The notes under the pieces are model-generated. The model made no database searches and was not told the DNA's origin. It saw nothing but the letters and a program-made list of their open reading frames with translations. From an uncultured Acidobacteriota bacterium (GTDB lineage Bacteria; Acidobacteriota; Vicinamibacteria; Vicinamibacterales; UBA2999), in contig CAWAQA010000005.1 in NCBI GenBank assembly GCA_963784065.1, forward strand, positions 383,530 through 447,529: a stretch of 64,000 nt of DNA. Direction: 5' to 3'. Below are positions 50,844 through 63,126 of this stretch, piece by piece (positions within the stretch are counted from its first letter, which is position 1; every line of letters starts with the position of its first letter). The translations under genes and the position numbers were made by a program.

Positions 50844-51882
50844 GTGGACAGGCGGACTGACAACCCTCGTTCGTTGATCCGCTACGCCCTGGTGGGCCTG
50901 GCGCTGACGTTCTTTCTGTCGTGGGCGCTTTACCTGGTCCGCGACGCCGTGCTCCTCATTTACATCTCGGCGCTGATCGCGATCGGCCTTTCGCCGATCG
51001 TCAGCGCCATTCAACGGCGCCGTGGCCGGCGCGCGCAGCGCGTGCCGCGATGGGTGGCCATTCTCATCATTTACCTCGGCATCATCGGCGCGGTCGTCGG
51101 CGTGGGGTTGCTGCTGATTCCGCCGCTCGTGGATCAGGCGCGAGCGCTGTGGGCCGCATTCCCCGAGATGCTGCACAAGGCCCAGGTGTGGCTGATGGAG
51201 CGCGGGCTGCTGTCGCGCGAGTTGACCGTCAGCGAGGCGGTCCAGCAGACGCCGGTGAACACGGACGCGGTCGGCACCGTGTTCTCCGCGGTTTTTGCGG
51301 TGGTCGGGGGCGTCTTCGGCCTGCTCACGGTCCTCATCATCACGTTCTACCTGCTCGTGGACTCCGACAGCATCGTCCGGACGTTTCTGCGGCTGTTTCC
51401 ACGTCGCCGAGCAGGTGCGCGTTCACGAGGCCTGCCGACGTGTGACGACGAAGGTCAGCGCGTGGCTGGGCGGGCAGCTCCTGCTCGCGGCGATCATCGG
51501 CAGCACGGCCGCGCTCGGCCTCTGGCTGCTCGGCGTCCCCTACTTCTACGTGCTGGCGCTCGTGGCCGCAGTCGGCGAGATGATCCCCGTGATCGGGCCG
51601 CTGATCGCCGCGATCCCGGCCATCCTGGTGGCCTTCACCGTGTCTCCGGCGGTGGCCCTCGGCGTCGCGATCTTCTTCGTCATCCAGCAGCAGGTGGAGA
51701 ACCACGTGCTCGTCCCCAAGATCATGGAACGCCAGGTCGGGGTCAGCGCCGTCATCGTCATCGTCTCGCTGCTGCTCGGCGGCTCGCTGCTCGGCATCGC
51801 CGGCGCGATCCTCGCGGTGCCTACCGCGGCGATCCTGCAGGTGCTCTTCGAGGAGCTCGTGCCGGAGGCGACGCCGGATTGA
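50844..51882 (+). CDS. AI-2E family transporter (frameshift near 51400)
   Basis: Multiple TMs; IPVIGP, QQVENHVLVPKIM, GAILAVP motifs. Confidence 0.88.
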
Positions 51883-53951
51883 TGCCTCGCGCCTCACACG
51901 CGCTCGCGGCTTACATCGTCATCACGCTTGTCGCCACATGGCCGCTCGTCCTCGGGCTCGGACGCGATGTCGCGTGGGATCTCGGCGACTCGGTCCTCAA
52001 CATGTGGATCCTCGCGTGGGACGGGGACCAGCTGCTCGCGATCCTCCGCGGCGATCTCTCGCGCCTCCGTACCTTCTTCGACGGAAACATCTTCCACCCG
52101 GCGCCGCTGACGCTGGCGTATTCGGAGCACCTCTTCGCCCAGGCGGTGCAGATCCTGCCCGTTCACGCCATCGCCAGAAATCCCATCCTCGAGTACAACC
52201 TGCTGTTCCTTTCGACGTTCGTGCTCTCGGGCCTGGGGACGTACCTGCTCGTCCGCGAGCTGACCGGCAACCCGCTCGCGGCATTCGTCGCCGGGCTGCT
52301 CTTCGCGTTTGCCCCGTACCGGCTCGCGCAGTCCTCGCACATGCAGGTCCTGTCGTCGCAGTGGATGCCGTTCGTGCTGTACGGCATCCGGCGCTACTTT
52401 GCCGGTGAAGGCGGACGCGAGGGTGTGCTCCACCGAAGATCCAACGTGACGGCACTGGCGTGGGCGGCGGTGGCGCTGGTCGCGCAGAACCTTTCGTGCG
52501 GCTATTACCTCCTCTACTTCATGCCGTTCGCGGGAGCGTACGCGCTGTGGGAAATCGGCCAACGAGGGCTGTGGCGCGACCGGCGTGTCTGGCTGCACAT
52601 GGGCGTGGCTGGCATGTTCACCGTCGCGCTGACGGCGCCGTTCCTGCTGCCGTACGCGGAGGTCCGGCAGCGCTTCAACATGGCGCGGACGCTCTCCGAG
52701 GTGAACCGGTACTCCGCCGACGTGTATTCCTACGCCACCGCTTTCTCGCTGCAGCCGCTCTGGGGCGACGTGATGCAGGCGTTTCCCAAGGCCAGAGGGT
52801 GAGCTGTTTCCAGGGCTGGTGCCGGTGGTGCTTGCCCTCGTTGGAGTGCTCTTCTTCCGGCTGAAGCCGGAAGCCACGGGATCCACGGGATTTTTCCAGT
52901 TGAAGCCGGAAGCCAGTGCAGAAAGTCGCTCCGCGTCAAGAGCTCCGGACGGACGTGGCTTCCGGCTTCAGGCGGAGGGACCCGCAGCCTCACGATGGCG
53001 GCGGGTCACGGTGATGCTGCTCGCCGCCGTTGCCGTCGCCCATGCAGCCGGCGCGCTGGCCACGATCGTCCTGCGCCGAATCGTGATCGACGTCGGGCTG
53101 TTCGAGCTCCGGATGACGAACATCAGCCAGCTCCTGCTGCGGGCGGCGGTGGCGTTCGCGCTGGTGCTCGTGCTCTCCCCGCGAGCCCGCATTCGCACGG
53201 CGGCATTCGCTGCGCGACCGCGGCTTCTTCGTCGCCGGGCTTCTGGTCGCCACCTGGCTGTCGCTCGGGCCTTCGCCGCAAGCGCTCGGACGGCCGATCG
53301 AGCTTGCCGCGCCGTACCGCGTGCTCTACGAATACGTGCCCGGCTTCGAAGGCCTGCGGGCGCCGGCGCGTTTCGCGATGGTCGGCGCTTTCATGCTCGC
53401 GGTGCTCGGCGGCTACGGTGCGGCCGCGTTCGGTCGCACGACGTGGGGGCGCGCCGCGGTCCTCGCGATGGCAGCCGTGTTCCTTCTCGAGGGTACGTCC
53501 GTGCCGTTTGTGGTGAACGGCGTGACACCGACGAAAGGGTTCAACGCACCCCCGGGGCGCCTTTATCGCCCGCAGCGGGCCCCCGCCATTTACGCCGAGG
53601 CGGCGCGGCATCTGGGAAATGGCGTGCTCGCCGAACTACCGCTCGGCTACACCGACTTCGACGTTCGGGCGATGTATTACTCGACCGTGCACCGCCGGCC
53701 GATCCTCAACGGATACAGTGGGTTTTTCCCTCCTCACTATGGCCGGCTCGCGTTCGAGCTCGGTGAGCTGCCACGACATCCCGACGTGTCGCTGCGCGCG
53801 CTCCAGGCCGCCGGCGCCACGCACGTGCTGGTTCACGAGGGTGCGTACCATCGGCAATGAGGGTGCGGAAACATCCGGTGCGCTGCGTACACTCGGCGCG
53901 ACCGAGCTCTACCGCGACGGCACGGACGTGCTGCTCCTGCTGCCGCTCTGA
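51882..53951 (+). CDS. Large polytopic membrane protein (GT-C / YfhO-like putative glycosyltransferase); frameshifted, contains in-frame REP cluster
   Basis: GDSVLNMWILAW, NIFHPAPLTLAYSEH, LLFAFAPYR, PGFEGLRAPARF, ILNGYSGF. Confidence 0.7.
52854..52978. repeat. Intragenic REP cluster (3 copies, GTGG-CTTCCGGCT-TC-AGCCGGAAG type)
   Basis: cttccggctgaagccggaagccac, tttccagttgaagccggaagccag, gtggcttccggcttcaggcggagg. Confidence 0.8.
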
Positions 53952-53955
53952 AAAC

Positions 53956-53970
53956 TGGTACGCGGGTTGC
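53956..53970 (+). promoter_or_regulatory. Candidate sigma-54 promoter for the DUF5658-like gene
   Basis: TGGTAC-GCGGG-TTGC, GG-N10-GC spacing. Confidence 0.4.
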
Positions 53971-53993
53971 CCTGCTCATTGCCGCAGAGACAA

Positions 53994-54371
53994 TGGCGTC
54001 AACGGCAGGTTACGCAGACCCGGCGGCTTCTCGGCGCCACGACCGCCGCACCGCGAACCTGGATGTCCACGGTGCGGCCGTCGCTCTTCGGCGACGTCAT
54101 CGTCATCGTCTTCCTGCTGGCGCAGTGCTTCGACGGAGTGTTCACCTACGTCGGCGTGGTCAGCTTCGGGATGAGCATCGAGGCCAACCCGCTCATCGCG
54201 ACGGTGATGCACACCTTCGGTCACGGCGTGGGCCTGACCGGCGCGAAGCTGATTGCCGCCGCGCTCGGCATCTGCCTCCACCTCCGCCAGGTCCACAGCG
54301 CGGTCGCGGTCCTGGCCGGCTTTTACATCGTCGTCGCGATCGTCCCCTGGGTGGTGATCCTGTTCGCATGA
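53994..54371 (+). CDS. Small membrane protein (DUF5658-like); start uncertain
   Basis: QCFDGVFTYVGV, EANPLI, AKL motifs with three TMs. Confidence 0.65.
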   Translation, partial: WRQRQVTQTRRLLGATTAAPRTWMSTVRPSLFGDVIVIVFLLAQCFDGVFTYVGVVSFGMSIEANPLIATVMHTFGHGVGLTGAKLIAAALGICLHLRQVHSAVAVLAGFYIVVAIVPWVVILFA

Positions 54372-54373
54372 GT

Positions 54374-54471
54374 GGTGGGCCGGCTGAAGCCGGCCCCTAC
54401 GGGCGACAACAGAGCGGTACTTGCGGGCGATAAGACGGTTGGTCGTAAAGGCCGGCTTCAGCCGGCCCACC
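54374..54471. repeat. REP doublet (REPIN-like)
   Basis: ggtgggccggctgaagccggcc (54374-54395) is the perfect 22-bp reverse complement of 54450-54471; ctac and gtaa feet face inward. Confidence 0.85.
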
Positions 54472-54488
54472 GCTATACTGGCGCGACG

Positions 54489-55674
54489 ATGCGCACGGAT
54501 CCTCTTCGCTACCTCGACGACGAGCTGAACGCGCTGCGCGAACAGGGTCTCTACCGGCGGCTGCGCGTGCTCGACGGCGAGCAGAAGGCGCACACCTCGG
54601 TCGACCATCGCTCGGTCGTCAACCTCTCGTCGAACAACTACCTCGGCCTGACGACGCACCCGCTGCTGCGCGAGCGCGCCGCTCGACGCGATTCGGCGTT
54701 TCGGCGTCGGCTCGGGCTCGGTCCGCACCATCGCCGGCACGATGGACATCCACATGGAGCTCGAGCGGCAGCTCGCCGCGTTCAAGCAGACCGAGGCGGC
54801 GGTCGTCTTCCAGAGCGGCTTCACGGCCAACGCCGGCACCGTCTCGTCGATCCTCGGCAAGGACGACGTCATCATCTCCGACGAGCTGAATCACGCCAGC
54901 ATCATCGACGGCGCGCGCCTGAGCCGCGCCACGATCAAGGTGTTTCCGCACCGCGACGTCGCCGCCGCGCGCGCGATCGTCGAGGCGCTGCCGCGCGACC
55001 AGCGGAGCGCTGATCATCACCGACGGCGTCTTCAGCATGGACGGCGACCTCGGGCCGCTGCCGGCGCTGTGCGACCTGGCCGACGAGTTCGGCTGCATCA
55101 TGATGGTGGACGATGCGCACGCGAGCGGCGTGTTCGGCCGCAACGGGCGCGGCACCGTCGATCACTTCGGCATGCACGGCCGCGTGGACGTGCAGGTCGG
55201 CACGCTGTCGAAGGCGATCGGCGCGCTCGGCGGCTACGTCGCCGGCTCGCGCGCGCTGATCGAGTTCCTCTACCACCGCGCGCGGCCGTTCCTGTTCTCG
55301 ACCTCGCATCCGCCGTCGGTGGCGGCGACCTGCCTCGCGGCGATCGACGTGCTCGAGACCGAGCCGGCAGCTGATCGACCGGCTCTGGGAGAACACCCGG
55401 TTCTTCAAGGCAGGGCCTCGCAGCGCTCGGCTTCAACACCGGCAGCAGCGAGAGCCCGATCACGCCGGTCATCGTCGGCGAGGCGGCGCTGGCGATGACG
55501 CTGTCGGACCGGCTGTTCGAGGAAGGCGTGTTCGCGCAGGGCATCGGCTTTCCCGACCGTCGCCCAGGGCAAGGCGCGGGTCCGCACGATCGTCACCGCC
55601 ACGCACACGCGCGAGGAGCTCATTTTGCACTCGATTGCTTCGAGAAGGTGGGCCGCGAGCTGGGCGTGATCTAG
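54489..55674 (+). CDS. Glycine C-acetyltransferase / 8-amino-7-oxononanoate synthase family (frameshifted)
   Basis: [62 protein letters not shown]. Confidence 0.9.
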
Positions 55675-55698
55675 ATCACGTTACGCACAATCGGGACC

Positions 55699-56869
55699 AT
55701 GAACGTTCCACCCCTGCCGCGGACGCCCGGCGGACGCGGCGCTTTTTCGACGCCTACACGCAGGGGCTGACGACTGCGGAACTGGAGCGGCTGTTCACGC
55801 GCGACGCGCCGGAGGCGTACCGGTTCTTCTCGCGCACCATCGACTTCAAGGAGCTGGGCAAGCTGCCGTGGCACCGGCGCACGCTCACGCACCTGCGGCT
55901 GTTCTTCCTGGCGTTCACGCTCAAGCTGTCGCCGGCGCGCCGCGCGCTCTACGGCATGGCGCTGCGTCGCCGCGCTGCTCGGCGCGCTCGAGCTGTTGCA
56001 GGACGTGCACTTCCTGCTGGTGCCGCACCGCTTCGCGCCGGGAACGCTGTGGCTGCTCGTCGGATTCGCGCTGGTGAACCTGCTCGTGCTGCTCGAGGTC
56101 GCCGACCGGCTGTCGCTCAAGAACGACCTCGAGATCGCGCGCGACATCCAGCAGGCGATGCTGCCGACGGCGGCCTACCACGCGCCGGGGCTCGAGGCGT
56201 TCGGCATGACGCGGCCGGCCAACACCGTCGGCGGCGACTTCTACGACATCATCCCGCTGGCCGACGGCCGCGTGCTGCTCGCGCTCGGCGACGTCGCCGG
56301 CAAGGGCAGTCCGGCGGCGCTGCTGATGGCGCTGCTGCTGGCGATGCTGCGCACGCTCGTGGACGAAGGGCTCGAGGGCGCCGCGCTGATGACGCGCCTG
56401 AACGTCCAGGTCGCCAAGCACACGCCCGGCGTCGCGCTTCATCACGCTGTTCCTCGCGACGCTCGAACCCGTCTACCGGCGAGCTCGTCTACGTCAACGC
56501 CGGCCAGAACCCGCCGCTGCTGCGACGCGCGCGGCGGCGGCTACGAGCGTCTGCGCGAGGGCGGCATGGCGCTCGGCATGTTCGAGCATGCCGACGTACA
56601 CGTCGGGCCGCACGCTGCTCGACGCCGGCGACGTGCTCGTGATGTACAGCGACGGCGTCACCGAAGCGGAGAGACGGCGAGGGCATCCCGTTCGACGAAG
56701 CGGGCCTGCAGCGCGTCGTCGATCGCGCACGGCTGGGCTTCCGCCAAGGAGCTCGGCTGGGCGACGTTCGCCGGCGGTCGAGCGCCACACCGACGAGCGC
56801 GCGGCTGCTGGACGATCTGACCGTGCTCGTCGCCCGGCGGCTGCCGCCGCTGCCGATCGTGCCCGATAG
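55699..56869 (+). CDS. Membrane-anchored PP2C/SpoIIE (RsbU-like) phosphatase (frameshifted)
   Basis: LEIARDIQQAMLP, VGGDFYD, GDVAGKG, VNAGQNPP, YSDGVTEA, DDLT. Confidence 0.88.
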
Positions 56870-56901
56870 CCGAAACCACGGCGCTTGGCGTCTAATACGC
56901 G

Positions 56902-59620
56902 ATGATGGCGCGGTTCCTCTCCGGCAGTCGTGTGCGCGCTGGCTGGCCTTCTGGCCAGCGCCGCTCGCCGCCCAGGCGCCGCGCGCCGCCGATCCGGTCG
57001 TCAGCGCGTCTGCTGGCGCGCCTCGAGGCGGCGCTGCAGCGCGGCGATCGCGACGCCTATCGCCGCGCTCTTCTCCGTCGACGTCCCGAAGCGAGCAGGT
57101 CGATGACTTCGCCGCGGGCCTCTTCATTCCGAACGCCGCGCGCACGCGTCGTCCGGAGCGCGACCGCGCGCCGCTCGAAGGCGCGCCGCGGCGACGGCTA
57201 CCGTCTCGTCGTCGAGTTCTTCGTCGAGACCGCCGGCCGCGCCCGCATCCTCACCGCGCCTCGACGTCCGCCGGCCGCCGGACGGCGCGCGCGACTCGTG
57301 GCGCATCGTCGGCGGCGAAGGCCTGACGTCGGTCGAGGGGCTGTTCCGGCTGCGCGTCGAGCCCGACGACGCAGTTCGCCGCCCACAACCTGGTCATCAC
57401 CTCCGAGGACTTCCAGCTGACGCTCGCCGACGGCGCCGTGTTCCCGGTCGAAGGCGACGAGGGGATCACCGGCCTGGTGCTGATCGGCCGCGGCGAGATG
57501 CGGTTCTCGCCGACGCCGCCCACCGAGCAGGGGCAGCTGCGCATCTTCTCCGGCGGCGAGACGCTCGTCGCGCCGTTCGAGACGCGCGTTCATCCGCCTC
57601 AACCCCGTCCGACTACACGGCGCGTGTCGCCACCGATCGGCCTGACGCCGGTACCGTCGACCCGCGGCTGCTGCGGCGCGCCCAGGAGATCTTCGCGCGC
57701 GAGGCGCCGAAGTCGTTCAGCCTCGACCTCGCAGGACCTGAGCCGCGACTACTGGTACCTGCTGCCGCCGCACGGACGACTTCCTCGCCGAAGTGCAGAC
57801 GCGGCGCTGGGGCCAGCTGACCTTCGCGCGCACGCGGCTGCAGGCCGAGGACATCACGCTGTTCTCGCGCGACGCGCGAGCGCACGATCTCGCTCTATCC
57901 CTCGCAGGCCAAGCTGGCCGCGCGCGGCCGCTTCTACAGCGACGACGCGCTGCTGCGAATACGACGTCCTCGACTACAACATCGAGGCGCAGGTCGACGC
58001 CGGAGCGGCAGTTCATCGACGGCGCGCGCGCGGCTGCTGCTCCGCGATCCGCGCCGGCGCCACCAACACGCTGACCGCTGCGGCTGGCCGAACCGCTGGT
58101 CGTCACCAGCATCGTCAGCCTCGAGTACGGCCGCCTGCTGCATCTGCGCGTGCGCGGACCAGAACAGCATCATCATCAACCTGCCGACGACGCTGGCGCG
58201 CGACTCCGACATCACGCTGGTCGTCACCTACGCCGGGCGGCTGCCGTCGCAGGACGTCGACCGCGAGGCGCTGCAGGTCGCGACGCAGGGGCAGGACGAG
58301 CTTCCGATCGTTCCAGAGCGAGCCGAGCTACCTCCTGAGCAGCCGGTCGTACTGGTATCCCGCAGAACCCGGTCAGCGACTACGCGACGGCGACGATGCG
58401 CATCACCGTGCCGCCCGGCTACGGCGCGTCGCCAGCGGCCAGCCGGCCGGCGCGCGCGTCAGAGGTCACGCTGCGCGATCTGCTCGACGGTGCCGACCGG
58501 CAAGGCGTTCGTCTTTCCGCGCCGAGCGAGCCGCTGCGCTACCTCGCGTTCGTCGTGAGCCGGTTGACCAAGGTCGCGGAGACGACGCTCGGCGTGCCGG
58601 ACGTCGAAGGGCATCCGTCGACGCGAGCGGACGCGCGACACGGTGACGCTGGCGCATCGAGGCGAACCCGCGTCAGCTCGGTCGCGCGGCCGCGACATGA
58701 TGCGCGCCGGCCGAGGACATCGATGCGGTTCTACGCGTCGCTGATCGGCGATGCGCCGTATCGCGTCGGCTCACGGTGGCGCTGGTCGAGAGCGATCTGC
58801 CGGGCGGCCACAGTCCCGGCTACTTCGCCGTCGTCAACAGCCCGCTGCCGCACGACGCACGATCACGTGGCGCAACGATCCCGCCGCGTTCGACGGGCTT
58901 CCCCGATTTCTTCCTCGCCCACGAGCTCGCGCACCAGTGGTGGGGCCAGGCGGTCGGCTGGAAGAACTACCACGAGCAGTGGATCAGCGAGGGGTTCGCG
59001 CAGTACTTCGCGGCGCTCTACGCGCAGAAGACGCGCGGCGACGAGACGTTCGTCAACATGCTGCGGCAGTTCCGCCGCTGGTCGCTGACCGAGTCGGACG
59101 AGGGTCCGGTTCACCTCGGCTACCGCCTGGGCCACATCAAGGAGGACAGCCGCATCTTCCGCGCCCTGGTCTACAACAAGGGCGCGGGCGTGCTGCACAT
59201 GCTGCGGCGGCTGGCTCGGCGACGAGGTCGTTCTTCAACGCGCTGCGCCGCTTCTACGATCGAGCAGAAGTTCCGGAAGGCGGGCACCGACGACCTGCGG
59301 CGCGCGTTCGAGGAGGAATCGGGCAGGTCGCTCGAGCGCTTCTTCGAGCGATGGATTTACAACGCCGGGGCTGCCGCTGCTTGCGCTACGGCGCCACCGT
59401 GGAAGGGTCGGAGGTCGTCGTCCGCTTCGAGCAGCTGACGGCCGACCTGTTCGACGTGCCGGTCACGGTGACCGTGACCTACACGAACGGGCGGACGCAG
59501 GAGTTCGTCGTGCCGGTCACGGACAAGCAGGTCGAACATCGCTTCCGCGCGGAAGCGCCGGTGCGGCAGGTGCAAGTCAACCGCGACCAGGCCGCCCTCG
59601 CGCAGTTCGAAGAAAGCTGA
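56902..59620 (+). CDS. M1 family aminopeptidase-like secreted protein (heavily frameshifted)
   Basis: AHELAHQWWG...WISEGFAQY, VYNKGAGVLHMLR. Confidence 0.8.
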
Positions 59621-59621
59621 G

Positions 59622-59770
59622 ATCAACTCCCGACGCCCAATCGAAACCTTGCGCCAGGACCCAACCTGTTGGCTTCGCTCGCAGCAGCCGGTGAATGTCA
59701 GAAAACGTGCGGCGCGAGCCGCGCGTCAGATTGGACGCGTGCAGGAGCGGATTCGGGGTCGGGTGTTGAT
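59622..59770. repeat. CAACTCC-family element with terminal inverted repeats filling a convergent gap
   Basis: atcaactcccgacgcccaatc (59622-59642) vs gattcggggtcgggtgttgat (59750-59770), 18/21 complementary. Confidence 0.72.
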
Positions 59771-60203
59771 CAGCGATAGATCCCGGCGACCCGCGGCTCG
59801 GCGCCCTTGTCGAAGGGCTCGAAGACGAGCCGGAAGCGGATGCCCGCCATGCTCGTACGCCCGCGTGACGCGCTGGCCGTGCGGCACGCGTTCGATCGAA
59901 GGCTCGGTGACCTCGGCCCGCGTGCCCGATTTGCGCGATCACGTCGGCCATCGTCTGGCCGACGCGAATGTCCTTGCCGTCGTTCAAGACCAGCATCGGG
60001 AGGGAGACGGCGCCTGGAGGAATCGATGCCGGCGGGGCGACGAAGGGAGCCGGGACCTCACGCGCGATGACGGGCGTCACGGCGCTTACCGTGCGGGCCT
60101 GGCGCATCGGCGAATCGATCCGAGCGCAACCACAGCGACAATCGCGGCGGCAGCCACGGCCCATTCGAGCGATAGCACCGAACCGGAACCGGGTTGCTTC
60201 CAT
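59770..60203 (-). CDS. Small hypothetical membrane-anchored protein (frameshifted)
   Basis: GGAGG-containing upstream region, hydrophobic LEWAVAAAAIVAVVALG, PPGAVSLPMLVLNDGKDIRVG; stop at 59770-59772. Confidence 0.5.
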
Positions 60204-60377
60204 TCCCTACCTCCGCACGCACACACGTTCAGAGGACCCGCCGCACGGGACGCGAACTCGGTCGCACTGTAGGATCGACGGGCGGATAAGGTCAAGCAGA
60301 ACAATGCGTCGCGCGCTCCGTGTTGCAAGGCGTTGCAACCTGACCAATCAAACCGTATGGGATATGATCGGCAGGTT

Positions 60378-62196
60378 ATGGAAACGGTCACGCTGACCAT
60401 TGACGGCCGGCCGATCACGGTCGAGAAGGGGAAGACGGTCCTGCAGGCGGCCATCGAGGCCGGCATCTCGGTCCCCTACTACTGCTATCACCCCGGCCTC
60501 GGCATCGACGGTTCCTGCCGCGTCTGCGTGGTCAAGATCGAGAAGATGCCGAAGCTGCAGACGTCGTGCTCGACGACCTGCAGTGACGGCATGGTTGTCT
60601 CCACGCGGGATGCCGAGACCGTGCAGGCGCGCGCGGGGGTCTTCGAGTTCCTGCTCGTCAACCACCCGCTCGACTGCCCGGTCTGCGACAAGGGTGGCGA
60701 GTGCCCGCTGCAGGACTTCTCCTATACGTTCGGGCCGGCGGAGAGCCGGATGGACTTCCCGCGCCGCGTGTTCGACGGCGAAGGGCGTCAAGGCCGACGT
60801 CGACTTCGGGCCGACGCTGATGCTCAATCGCAACCGCTGCATCCTGTGCACGCGCTGCGTCCGGTTCATGCGCGAGGTGGACAGCGACGCGCAGATCGGC
60901 ATCGTGGATCGCGGCTACGGCAGCGAGATCGCGACGTTCCAGGAGCAGGGCGTGCACTCGCTCCTCTCCGGCAACCTCATGGACGTGTGCCCGGTCGGCG
61001 CCATCACGACGCGCGACTATCGCTTCAAGAGCCGCCCCTGGGACAACCCCAACGTCGTGGACACGATGTGCACGCTGTGCGCGAAGGGCTGCAGCACCAG
61101 CGCGTGGCTCAAGGCCAAGCCGGAGTGGGCCCGCAGGCTCGCAGCTGATTCGCATGACGCCACGCTTCAATCCAGAGGTGAACGGCTACTGGATGTGCGA
61201 CATCGGGCGCTTCAACTATCACTGGATCGAGGGCGACACGCGCCTGCGCCGGCCGATGGTCCGGACCAGCGCCGGGCTCGAGAAAGTGGCGTGGCACGAC
61301 GTCGAGCCCCGGCTGCGCGACCGCATCCAGGAAGCGGGATCGGCGGACCCGGCCTCGGTGCGCTTCCTCGTGTCGGCGCACGCGGCTACCGAGGAACTGT
61401 TCGTGTTGAAGCAGATGCTCGAGGGACTGCTCGGCGCGGACGGGCTGAAGTCGGTGAGCATCAGCGTGGACCCGCAATGAGAAGCCGCAGCCGCCGGGTG
61501 TGAAGTTCAAGGTGCCCGCGACCAACGCCCCCAACGTCAACGGCGCGCGCGACCTCGGGTACGACGGTAGGCCAGGGCAACGAGGGGCTTCCCGACCTCG
61601 CGGAGCTGCGAACCGCCGTCGGCGCCGGACGCGTCAAAGCCGTGTACGTCCTCGACCCGGGGCCGGAGGGGTCGATCGGCGACGTGTCCTGGTTGATCGA
61701 GGCGCGCCGGAGCGGCACACTGCCGCTGCTGATCGTGCAGGGGGTCCTGATGACGCCGCTGGCGCAGGCGGCGGACATCGTGCTGGCTGGTGCCGCGTTC
61801 GTCGAGAAGGACGCGATTTACACGAACGACCAGGGCCGCACACAGGCGGCGTCGCTCGTCATCGCCGCCCCTGGCGAGGCGCGGGAGGATTGGCTGATCC
61901 TCGCGAACGTCGCGAAGTCGCTCGGCCTCGCGATGCCCTACAAGACGTCGAACGACGTCCGCCGGGCACTCGCCGCGGCGATGCCGGGCACGGGGTACGG
62001 CGAGGCCGACAAGATGGTGTTTGCGCGGCCGATTCCCGCACGGAACTGGCTGCAGGCATCGAACCCGTCGGAGCGCTGGAAATGGGACTTCATGTTCCAG
62101 GACCTGCCGCCCGTGAAGGGGCATTCGGTGCAGATGGAAGGGCTGCCGCTCGAAGGATCGGGCCCCGGCTACATCCCTCTGAAACCGGTTGACTAG
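60378..62196 (+). CDS. nuoG: NADH-quinone oxidoreductase subunit G-like protein (frameshifted)
   Basis: CYHPGL...GSCRVC...C (2Fe-2S), HPLDCPVCDKGGECPLQ, CILCTRCVRF, CPVGA, CTLCAKGC...WMCDIGR. Confidence 0.82.
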
Positions 62197-62315
62197 TGGA
62201 TGTCTGTGATTGAGCGGGCTGCCCGCTGGTTGGCCCGCGAAATTGCTGTCGAAAGGCTGTCGTGGGCACTACAGGTTCAGTTGATACAGTCCACTAGATC
62301 CGTGAACCGACAGTC

Positions 62316-62339
62316 GTAGGGGCCGGCTTCAGCCGGCCC
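62316..62339. repeat. GTAG-type REP palindrome
   Basis: gtag-gggccggct-tc-agccggccc. Confidence 0.85.
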
Positions 62340-62359
62340 ATTACCCGGCGCGAACCAAC

Positions 62360-63111
62360 ATGGAAGAAAACGTCACGTTGCTGGCGGCGTTCGGCGCAGG
62401 GCTCCTGTCGTTCATTTCCCCCTGCGTGCTTCCGCTGATTCCCGGCTATCTCTCGTATATCTCCGGGATGTCCCTCGACGAGATGCGCGGCACGGGTGCC
62501 GCCGGCGCCGGCGTGGCGGTCGCGGCCCCCCCGAGGCGCGGCGGCGCGTGATCCTCTCCTCGCTCGCCTTCATCCTCGGGTTCTCGATCGTGTTCGTGTC
62601 GCTCGGCGCGTCGGCGAGCGCCATCGGCCAGTTCATGATGGCGCGGCTGAACGTGCTCGGGAAGATCGCCGGCGCCATCATCATCGTGTTCGGACTGCAC
62701 ACGATGGGCGTCCTGCGCATCGAGTGGCTGTATCAGGAGAAGCGGGTCCAGACGAAACAACGCCCGGCCGGATTTCTCGGCGCGACGCTTGTCGGCATCG
62801 CGTTCGCCTTCGGGTGGACGCCGTGCATCGGACCAATCCTCGCCGGAATCCTGGCGATTGCAGCGACACAGGATACGGTGGGCAACGGCGTCCGGCTGCT
62901 GGCCGCGTATTCGCTCGGCCTCGCCGTGCCGTTCTTCGCCACCGCGCTGGCCATCAATCGCTTCTTCGCGGCGTTCGCGAAGATACGCCGCCACTATCAC
63001 AAGATCGAGCTCGCGTCGGGCGCGCTCCTCATCGTGATCGGCGTGCTCATCTTCACGAACCAGTTCACCGTCATCGCGCAGTGGCTGACGCCGTACCTGC
63101 CTGTTTACTGA
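62360..63111 (+). CDS. ccdA: Cytochrome c biogenesis protein CcdA (frameshift near 62530)
   Basis: SFISPCVLPLIPGY and FGWTPCIGPIL. Confidence 0.92.
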
Positions 63112-63126
63112 CGCGCGGCGAACGGT

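Noticed and set aside
62231-62247. Sigma-54 promoter before ccdA
   Set aside because: GG-to-GC spacing is 11, not 10, so it is unsupported unless an indel error is present.
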